Source of the DNA: an uncultured Trueperaceae bacterium
GTDB lineage: Bacteria; Deinococcota; Deinococci; Deinococcales; Trueperaceae
Direction of reading: 5' to 3'
DNA: 64,000 nt
Assembly: GCA_963799485.1 (NCBI GenBank)
Contig: CAWCXJ010000007.1
Span: 416,001-480,000, forward strand
The position numbers and the translations under genes were made by a program. Positions 52,621 to 60,005 of the stretch are shown one piece after another. Below the pieces are notes generated by a model, which was not told the origin of the DNA, ran no database searches, and worked only from the letters and a program-made list of their open reading frames with translations. Every line of letters begins with the position of its first letter. Positions within the stretch are counted from its first letter, which is position 1.

Positions 52621-52955
52621 CGCTTGACGCCGTATTTAGCGGCGATGTCAACCGCCGGGATAAGCTTTACTTCACCCCGTTCAAAGCGTTCTATCCGTTC
52701 CCGGATGTCTGCCGGGACTTCACCCGGAAACTCATAAGCGTCAGTGTCGCGCTCGAGTACGTCACCTAGCTCTGCCCGCTCACCCGTCAGCTTGTCGAGA
52801 GCCGTAAGCATCCGGTCAAGCGTTGCCAAACTGACACGCTCAGCTTCACCCCGGACTGCCGGGTAAACACTGTTCAAACTAAGCTTTGCTTCGAGGGCTA
52901 ACTGATGTGCGGTGATGTCGTGCTGCTCTAGGTAGTCTTTCAGTTTCCATTTCAT
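52617..52955 (-). CDS. Cro/C1-type HTH regulator with antitoxin-like C-terminus
   Basis: WKLKDYL...TAHQLA...SLNSVY...VSLATLDRM...ELGDVLE, followed by ERIERFERGEVKLIP..DIAAKYG. Confidence 0.78.
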   Translation of the reverse strand: MKWKLKDYLEQHDITAHQLALEAKLSLNSVYPAVRGEAERVSLATLDRMLTALDKLTGERAELGDVLERDTDAYEFPGEVPADIRERIERFERGEVKLIPAVDIAAKYGVKR

Positions 52956-52993
52956 AACGCTACTTTAGCACATTTAGCTTAAGCTGTACATGC

Positions 52994-53023
52994 TTGACAG
53001 TTTAGCTGATACCTGATAAACTG
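52994..53023 (+). promoter_or_regulatory. Divergent sigma70 promoter with overlapping inverted repeat (operator candidate)
   Basis: TTGACA-17 bp-TAAACT; CAGTTTA (52998-53004) and TAAACTG (53017-53023) form an inverted repeat. Confidence 0.72.
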
Positions 53024-53079
53024 AAGGCAGTTAGGGGCAAGCCCTGGTAAGCATCCCCTAACTAGAAACGGAGTTCCAA

Positions 53080-53283
53080 ATGCAGCATATCACCATCCGT
53101 AAACAACCCGGCGCAAGCTATACGAGCCCTATTAAGGCCTACGACTTAGAGCGCAATGGCGTTACCGTCGGCACGCTTCAGACCTGGGGCATAGTCTGGG
53201 AAGTCTTAGACGCTACCCTTAACTGCGTCTCTAAGCACACCACCATTAAGGCAGCGGTACGTGTCGCGTCGAGGGCTCTGTAA
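53080..53283 (+). CDS. Small hypothetical protein
   Basis: RBS GGAG; first ORF after the promoter; TAATG coupling to the next ORF. Confidence 0.6.
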   Translation: MQHITIRKQPGASYTSPIKAYDLERNGVTVGTLQTWGIVWEVLDATLNCVSKHTTIKAAVRVASRAL

Positions 53284-53447
53284 TGAGCCCCTTTACCTTC
53301 GTAGACATCGAGATGTACAGCGACCGTGAAGAGGACTTACAAGCTCTTTACGCAGAGCTTGCAAAAGAGGACGGGGCAGATGATGAGCTGCCCCCTGTTA
53401 TTCAAGATGAACTGCCCGAATGGGATTTTTGGGGAGAGGCGGCATGA
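53283..53447 (+). CDS. 54-aa highly acidic hypothetical protein (not in the ORF track)
   Basis: MSPFTFVDIEMYSDREEDLQALYAELAKEDGADDELPPVIQDELPEWDFWGEAA; overlaps both neighbours (TAATG, ATGA). Confidence 0.62.
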   Translation: MSPFTFVDIEMYSDREEDLQALYAELAKEDGADDELPPVIQDELPEWDFWGEAA

Positions 53448-53770
53448 TGGCCTCTCTTCTCTCCCAACTCAAGACGGCGAAGAACGGTTTAGAGGATGCC
53501 CAGATTACCCTGTGTGGGGCTGTGACCGCACACGCTGAAGCTAAGCGGGTGCTAGAGCAAGCTGAAGCGGTCAAACTGTGTGAAGGGGTAGACGGTAAGA
53601 ATGAACGGGGGCGGACAGCCAAGCTTAGGCTCGAGCTTCCGGCAGAGTACGCGGCGTTCGCTGAAGCTGAGGACGCCTTGACTGAAGCCCGCTGTGCGTT
53701 TGAATTGGCACGGCTCGAGTGGGATTGGCACGGTATAGCGTCCGAACGTTTGAAGCCGAAAGGTTTATAG
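53444..53770 (+). CDS. Coiled-coil hypothetical protein
   Basis: Helical protein with a GKNERGRTA motif; ATGA overlap with the preceding ORF; RBS GGAGAGG. Confidence 0.6.
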   Translation: MMASLLSQLKTAKNGLEDAQITLCGAVTAHAEAKRVLEQAEAVKLCEGVDGKNERGRTAKLRLELPAEYAAFAEAEDALTEARCAFELARLEWDWHGIASERLKPKGL

Positions 53771-54071
53771 CAGCGGCGTGATTGCCAAACAGGAAGAAGC
53801 CTCGGCACGATAACCGGGGCTTTTACTGTCATTAAGTACCGACACGAATGTCAATGACGCACTTCTCACAAACGCTCCTATCAAAGGGGCGGTGTTCAGC
53901 TTTCCCTACGTGTAGACCTAACGTGTGGCTAACAGGGGAAGATTAAACAAACGCTCGTGAGCTTGGTATTCCTCACCTGGAAACCGAGCAAAACTGCACA
54001 GCTTTCCACGCTCACCCAAATCATGAATCAACTTCCGGGTAGTGGTCTAGGGAAGACTGATAAGTTAAGGA

Positions 54072-54350
54072 ATGGTCACAAAGGTTGTTCATTGCCAGCA
54101 CTGCGAGAGCGATAAACTTGTGAAGAACGGTCACGCGCCAAACGGCAAGCAAAAGTACCTGTGCCGAGCGTGCGGTAAAGCCAGTCGAGAGAACGCGAGC
54201 GCTAAAGGGTACAGCGAAGCGAAGAAAGACGAGATACTGAAGTCTTATCAGGAGCGCTCCAGTATGCGTGGGCTGACCCGAACCTTCGGAGTGTCGCGTA
54301 CCACGGTAGCGAAGTGGCTTAAAAAAAGCCGCGACGACGCCACCGCTTAG
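54072..54350 (+). CDS. insA: IS1 transposase InsA-like part
   Basis: CQHC..VKNG...GKQKYLCRAC zinc finger; HTH SMRGLTRTFGVSRTTV..W; A7 run at 54321-54327. Confidence 0.88.
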   Translation: MVTKVVHCQHCESDKLVKNGHAPNGKQKYLCRACGKASRENASAKGYSEAKKDEILKSYQERSSMRGLTRTFGVSRTTVAKWLKKSRDDATA

Positions 54351-54831
54351 CGCAACCCTTGTGACACCCGGCAACCCTGAAGCGGTGCAACTAGAACTTG
54401 ATGAGATGTACCCTGCCACTTCGTTTGGGGCACTTTGGTCATTTGTTCGATGTAGACGTAACAAACGGTGGGTCTGGATAGCACTTTGTAAGCAGACACG
54501 CCAGGTGGTTGCTTGTGTTGTAGGTGGACGTGGCATTGCTACTTGTCAAAAACTTTGGCGTAACATCCCCGATGCTTACAAACAAGGCATCGTGTTCAGC
54601 GACTTCTGGGAAGCTTACCAGGCCGTCGTTCCCGATGAACAGCATCAAGCTGTTGGCAAAGACTCAGGGCTTACAGCCCATGTCGAGCGTTTCAACAACA
54701 CTATTCGGCAGCGCCTAGCTCGCTTCGTCCGTAAGACCCTGTCCTTCTCCAAGTCTGAGCACATGCACCTCATTTGCTTACACCTGTTTCTCGTTCGTTA
54801 CAACCTTGAACGGGCGGTTGTCAGTCGCTGA
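54322..54831 (+). CDS. insB: IS1 transposase InsB-like DDE part (joined by recoding)
   Basis: ELDE...WSFV, SDFWEAY, HVERFNNTIRQR and RKTLSFSK; frame is open from the A7 run. Confidence 0.88.
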   Translation, partial: KKAATTPPLSATLVTPGNPEAVQLELDEMYPATSFGALWSFVRCRRNKRWVWIALCKQTRQVVACVVGGRGIATCQKLWRNIPDAYKQGIVFSDFWEAYQAVVPDEQHQAVGKDSGLTAHVERFNNTIRQRLARFVRKTLSFSKSEHMHLICLHLFLVRYNLERAVVSR

Positions 54832-56349
54832 TGGACCACTGCCAACTTCCGAAAATCATCAGCGGTTTCCGTGTTCAGGATTCGCTTGAACCGTTCAAAA
54901 AAAGTTTTTGATGCGGCCCTGTCGAATATAGGCACTGTTCCAACACCCCAACGATTGTAAACCGTTTTAGCTCGCCACGCGAACCGGATTTCGGCAGTAG
55001 ACAGACCGCGAGCATAAAGCGTAGCATCGGCGTTTATTAGGTCGTCCGTTGACAAATGTTTATCATTGCGACATCTTTCCAGAACCAACCTTTGAACGGA
55101 GTAGGCGTTAGTGGTCTGCCCTGAGCTTGCTGCTAATTCAAATGAACGTAGATAGCCGCTGAAAGCGTTGAAATTGCTCAGGCCCAAATAGTCATCTCCC
55201 CGGTATTGAGCTATTACGTCGGGGGCTAAGTACTCCTGCTCGAGCAGATAGCCTGCTTCATCAAAACAGTTTACTCGCAAAAGTACCGCTATACACGAGA
55301 TAAACAGTTCGTGAGCTACAAAACGTCCCGAGTCATAGTGAGGGTTACTTAGTTCTTGAGCGTGCATAAGCGGTATGAGGTCGTTAAAGAAGTCGTGGAG
55401 GGAGTCCAAAGCAGCCGTGTTTTGCCCAACTCCATATCTTCCGAGAGTATAAATAACCTCAACAAACTCGTTTTTGTAGGGGAGTAGGGCTCCAGCTTTG
55501 CCAAGCGCTGCGTCTGCTATATCGATGTGGTACGTCCCAACTGGGGAGGGTTCAAGCTGACCATTTTTTAGGAAACCCCTGAATGTCTCCAGATAATCTC
55601 CGAACACACCGGGAGCAGTGCGTTTCTCATTCTTTATCGCTTCTATTGCTGTACGAGCTTTGTGTACTGTGACAAGCTGTGTGTCATCCTCTTCGTCTAG
55701 GTACGATGGGCGCGAGCCAAATTCCGGTTTTCTATAAAGCGGCTTTCCTTCGACACTCCGCACCAAACCCTCGAACGATTCTTCAAACCGCTCAGCTGAG
55801 GACAAATCGACCCGCCATTTACCTCGCAAATAGGTCGGCAAGAAAGGTCTACCCTCTTTGTCAACCTCAGCAACAACCGGGATAAACTTTCGGTCGCCTG
55901 CTGCTTCGTAAACTTCGGGAGAAATAATCTGCGTCTCAATCCCCACACCACCTGCGCGGTCGTTAGCTTTACGGGCATAGGCTTCGTCACACAGCAACAA
56001 AACCTTGGAGATGGACTCATCATTTACAAAACGCTCCATGTAACGAATCATGTCGTCACCAAAATCTACTTCCCATTTATCCAGCACAACATCGATGTTA
56101 TTGGCAATCAATTTCTCTGCAACCATCAACACCCAGGCTTCATGATCCGGGGTTGTCCAGCTATACGAGATAGCAACCTTTTTTCGAGTTGCAGATTTGG
56201 CATCCGAAACCTGTGTCATTAAGGCAAATCTACCTCGAGCAAGGCAAGTTATGAATTACGCGCATACCACATCGTCGTGGCTGAGATCGAAGATGCCTAG
56301 CTTGAGACCTTGAGGGAGAGTGCGGCTCGGGCTAAACCCCTCGAGCTTC

Positions 56350-56374
56350 TTTATGCCGCGTTACGCGGCATAAA
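56350..56374. promoter_or_regulatory. Perfect 25-bp palindrome between the divergent SEFIR gene and hsdM
   Basis: TTTATGCCGCGT-T-ACGCGGCATAAA. Confidence 0.6.
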
Positions 56375-56424
56375 CCTAAACTGCCGATTTGGGATTTTTG
56401 AGCACTCTCGTTATGATTGCGAAC

Positions 56425-58674
56425 ATGTTGCCCCAAAACGTGATGCAAAACAAGAGCGATTTCATTTGGGATATTGCGAACCTCTTACGCGGCCCTTACC
56501 GCCCACCTCAATACCGCCGCGTGATGATTCCGCTCACGGTGCTCCGGCGTTTAGATTGCGTACTCGAGCCGACCAAAGCCGAGGTAAGTGCGGAATATCA
56601 GAGGCTAAAAGCACGAGAGCTTGATGAAGAGACCATTGAAAAGCTGATCAGCCGCAAATTTAGTCTGAGCTTTTTCAACACCAGCAACTTTACCTTTGAG
56701 AGTTTGCTGAATGATCCGGATAACCTCGCTAAAAACCTGAGCAACTACATCACCAGCTTTTCAAGCCGCGCCCGCAAGATTCTGGAGAAGTTCAAGTTTG
56801 AAGAAGAGATTGACAAGCTCGAGGATGCCAACCGCCTCTTTGAGATTATCAAGTCCATTGCTGCTATAGACCTTCACCCCAACACCGTGCCGAACATGGC
56901 GATGGGGTACATCTTCGAGGATTTAGTCCGGCGCTTTAACGAGCAGGCCAACGAAGAAGCCGGGGATCACTTTACGCCGCGTGAGGTCATCAAGCTGATG
57001 GTCAACATCCTCTTTACCGGACAAGAAGCGGTATACACGGCGGGTAAAGTCATAAAAGTTTATGACCCGACCTGCGGCACCGGCGGTATGCTCTCGGAGT
57101 CTGAAAAACACATCCGCAACGGCAACGACCAGGCCAACATCGAGCTTTTCGGACAAGAGTACAACCCGGAGTCTTACGCGATCTGCGGTTCAGACCTGAT
57201 GATTAAAGACGAAGACGCAAGCAATATCGCCTTTGGCGACACGCTCGGCACCGGACGCCACAAAGACGGTGTAGTAGACGGTGACGGGCATCCGAACACC
57301 CATTTTGACTATATGCTTGCGAACCCACCCTTCGGGGTCGAGTGGAAACCGGAAAAGGATTACGTCACGCAGGAGCACGAAAAAGACGGGTTTAACGGGC
57401 GGTTCGGCCCCGGCCTACCCCGTATCAACGACGGCGCACTGCTCTTTTTGTTGCACATGATCAGCAAAATGGAGGCGTCTCCAGCCGAGGGGGGCGAAGG
57501 CTCACGTATCGCCGTCGTCTTTAACGGCTCACCGCTCTTTACCGGTGACGCGGGCAGCGGTGAAAGCAATATCCGGCGCTGGATTATCGAACAGGACATG
57601 CTCGAGGCCGTCGTCGGCCTGCCCGACCAGCTCTTTTACAACACCGGCATCTACACCTACATCTGGATTGTTACGAACCGCAAGAGCGAAAAGCGGCGCG
57701 GCAAGGTGCAGCTCATCAACGCTTCTGACTTCGCCTGGAAGATGAAAAAGAGCCTGGGCAACAAGCGCAACAAGCTCGGTGAAGGCGAGAATGGCGAGCC
57801 CGACCACATCGGGGAACTGACCAGAATTTACGGTGACTTCATCCATAACGACACGTGCACCGTCGGCGAGGTCAAGACGAACGTCGAACCCGACCGCAAG
57901 GTAAAACGCGACCTGAATAAGATGTTGACCGTAAGCAAGGTTTTCCCTAACCAAGACTTCGGCTTTATCAAACTGAGCGTCGAGCGCCCGCTACGCCTGA
58001 ACTTCGCCGTAACCGACGAGCGTGTCGAGCGGTTCAAGGAGAGCGCCTACTTTACGGGGCTGGCGACCAGCAAAAAGCGGAAAGACAAGGCCGAAATTGA
58101 GCGAGAAGAGGCGGCGGGCAGAGCGCAGCAAGAGCGGATTTTGCAGGTGCTCGAGACCCTAAAACCCGACTATTCAGCCGGTGAAACTACCAAAAACCGG
58201 GAGACGTTCGAGCGGCGCTTAGTTACGGCGTTCGGGAGCAGCACGCACAGGCTCGACACCCCGCTTAAAAAGGCGCTCCTGGCAAAAGGCGCGTTAGGTG
58301 AGCCCGACGCCGACGCGGACATCTGCACGGACGCTCGGGGCCGCCCCGAACCCGACGCGGACTTACGCGACAGCGAAAACGTCCCGTTTCCCGACGGTCT
58401 TCCGCTGCCGCTGCCCCTTACTTACGGTAAAGACGCCGACAACAGCGAACTTGTCGCGCTTGTCAAAGACCCCTGCCAAGCGTATTTAGAGCGCGAAGTG
58501 CTGCCGTACCGCCCGGACGCCTGGATAGATTTCAGCAAGACCAAGGTGGGGTACGAGATTCCCTTTAACCGCCACTTTTACGAGTACGAGCCGCCGCGCC
58601 CACTCGCGGAGATTGAAGCAGACATCAAGGGGCTCGAGCAAGACATTTTAGACATGCTTGCAGAGGTTGTCTGA
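56425..58674 (+). CDS. hsdM: Type I restriction-modification methyltransferase (m6A)
   Basis: FIWDIANLLRG, GDHFTPREV, YDPTCGTGGM, NPPFG and VGYEIPFNRHFY. Start could be 56413, 56425 or 56443. Confidence 0.95.
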   Translation: MLPQNVMQNKSDFIWDIANLLRGPYRPPQYRRVMIPLTVLRRLDCVLEPTKAEVSAEYQRLKARELDEETIEKLISRKFSLSFFNTSNFTFESLLNDPDNLAKNLSNYITSFSSRARKILEKFKFEEEIDKLEDANRLFEIIKSIAAIDLHPNTVPNMAMGYIFEDLVRRFNEQANEEAGDHFTPREVIKLMVNILFTGQEAVYTAGKVIKVYDPTCGTGGMLSESEKHIRNGNDQANIELFGQEYNPESYAICGSDLMIKDEDASNIAFGDTLGTGRHKDGVVDGDGHPNTHFDYMLANPPFGVEWKPEKDYVTQEHEKDGFNGRFGPGLPRINDGALLFLLHMISKMEASPAEGGEGSRIAVVFNGSPLFTGDAGSGESNIRRWIIEQDMLEAVVGLPDQLFYNTGIYTYIWIVTNRKSEKRRGKVQLINASDFAWKMKKSLGNKRNKLGEGENGEPDHIGELTRIYGDFIHNDTCTVGEVKTNVEPDRKVKRDLNKMLTVSKVFPNQDFGFIKLSVERPLRLNFAVTDERVERFKESAYFTGLATSKKRKDKAEIEREEAAGRAQQERILQVLETLKPDYSAGETTKNRETFERRLVTAFGSSTHRLDTPLKKALLAKGALGEPDADADICTDARGRPEPDADLRDSENVPFPDGLPLPLPLTYGKDADNSELVALVKDPCQAYLEREVLPYRPDAWIDFSKTKVGYEIPFNRHFYEYEPPRPLAEIEADIKGLEQDILDMLAEVV

Positions 58675-59960
58675 TGTTCGGCAATCCATACCCCGATTAT
58701 AAATCAACGGGCGTTGAGTGGTTAGCTCGAATACCGAGTACATGGAACGTTCGTTCTCTCAAGCTGATTTACGACGTACAGCTTGGGAAAATGCTCCAAC
58801 CGCGTTTAGAAAGCCAAGATGACGTAGAAGTGCCGTACATAAAAGCTTTACACGTGACCTGGCAGGGCGTAAATACGGAAGAGCTGCCGACGATGTGGGC
58901 TTCAAAAGACGAACTTCAAAAGTACGCAGTGCAAGTAGGCGACCTTTTAGTTTGTGAAGGCGGCGAGGTAGGCAGAGCAAGCATTGTCGAGAGTTTAGAC
59001 AATGCCGACGCTACCATCATTCAAAATGCAGTACATCGTATTCGCAGCGAGACTTCAGGCAATGTGCGTTACCTTAAATACGTTCTTGAAAGCATTGCTA
59101 ACGCCGACTGGTTTTCAGTTTTGTGTAATAAAGCGACTATTGCCCATCTGACAAGTGAAAAACTAGGGGCCATCAGAGTACCGAACCCGCCAATCTGTGA
59201 GCAGCAAAAAATCGTTGAGTTTCTCGAGCACAAAACCTCTCAAATTGACGCGCTCATCGAGAAGAAGCGGGCGCTGATCGAAAAGCTGAACGAAAAGCGC
59301 ACGGCGGTCATTACGCAGGCTGTGACCAAAGGGTTAGACCCTAACGTACCGCTGAAAGATTCGGGGGTTGAGTGGCTGGGGGAAGTGCCGGAGCATTGGG
59401 AAGTGAAGCGGCTTAAACAAGCTGTCACCTTTCAACGGGGTCACGACTTAACGAGTGATGAGCGCGAAGCGGGAAACGTTCCTGTAATAACGTCAGGGGG
59501 ATTTACCGACACTCATGCGTTCGCAAAAGCGCGTGGGCCGGGTCTCGTCACTGGTCGTTACGGGACTATAGGTAAGTTTCACTATGTAGCAGAAGACTAC
59601 TGGCCTCACAACACAACCTTGTACAGCATTGACCTATGCGGAAATGACGCGCGTTATCTTTGGTATCTGGTTCAACACCTTGCACCGTTATTTATCCTGA
59701 ACTCGAAAAAGTCTGCCGTCCCCGGCGTGGATAGAAATGACCTTCATCCGGTTTCCGTTGCAATTCCTCCAGCTGCCGATGAACAAAGGGCAATCGTCGA
59801 TTATTTAGAAACCATCGTTCAGAAGCTCGACAAAATACAGGCTCAGACTATTTCATCAATTGCTCTCCTCCAAGAGCGCCGCACCGCCCTCATAACTGCT
59901 GCTGTCACCGGTCAAATTGATGTGCGAGATTTCGGTGTGGCGGCTGGGGTGCTGTCATAG
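58674..59960 (+). CDS. hsdS: Type I R-M specificity subunit
   Basis: Repeated conserved blocks GVEWL..IP..W and PP..EQ..IV; ITQAVTKG and ITAAVTG; two lower-GC TRDs. Confidence 0.95.
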   Translation: MFGNPYPDYKSTGVEWLARIPSTWNVRSLKLIYDVQLGKMLQPRLESQDDVEVPYIKALHVTWQGVNTEELPTMWASKDELQKYAVQVGDLLVCEGGEVGRASIVESLDNADATIIQNAVHRIRSETSGNVRYLKYVLESIANADWFSVLCNKATIAHLTSEKLGAIRVPNPPICEQQKIVEFLEHKTSQIDALIEKKRALIEKLNEKRTAVITQAVTKGLDPNVPLKDSGVEWLGEVPEHWEVKRLKQAVTFQRGHDLTSDEREAGNVPVITSGGFTDTHAFAKARGPGLVTGRYGTIGKFHYVAEDYWPHNTTLYSIDLCGNDARYLWYLVQHLAPLFILNSKKSAVPGVDRNDLHPVSVAIPPAADEQRAIVDYLETIVQKLDKIQAQTISSIALLQERRTALITAAVTGQIDVRDFGVAAGVLS

Positions 59961-60005
59961 GCTTTTAGGTAAGGGCTGGCCGGTTTTGTTTCGGAAAGGG
60001 CGCGG

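Larger units (their letters stand above)
54038..54843 (+). mobile_element. IS1 family insertion sequence (806 bp)
   Basis: Imperfect 23-bp IRs GGTAGTGGTC.......GACTGA / GGCAGTGGTC.......GACTGA; 8-bp TSD AACTTCCG at 54030-54037 and 54844-54851. Confidence 0.95.
53918..56219 (-). pseudogene. SEFIR/TIR-domain defence protein interrupted near its 3' end by IS1
   Basis: AISYSW...VLDKW..GDD...GGVGIE SEFIR/TIR motifs. The frame resumes across the TSD as RKL-IHDLG...LFNLPLLATR*. Confidence 0.85.
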
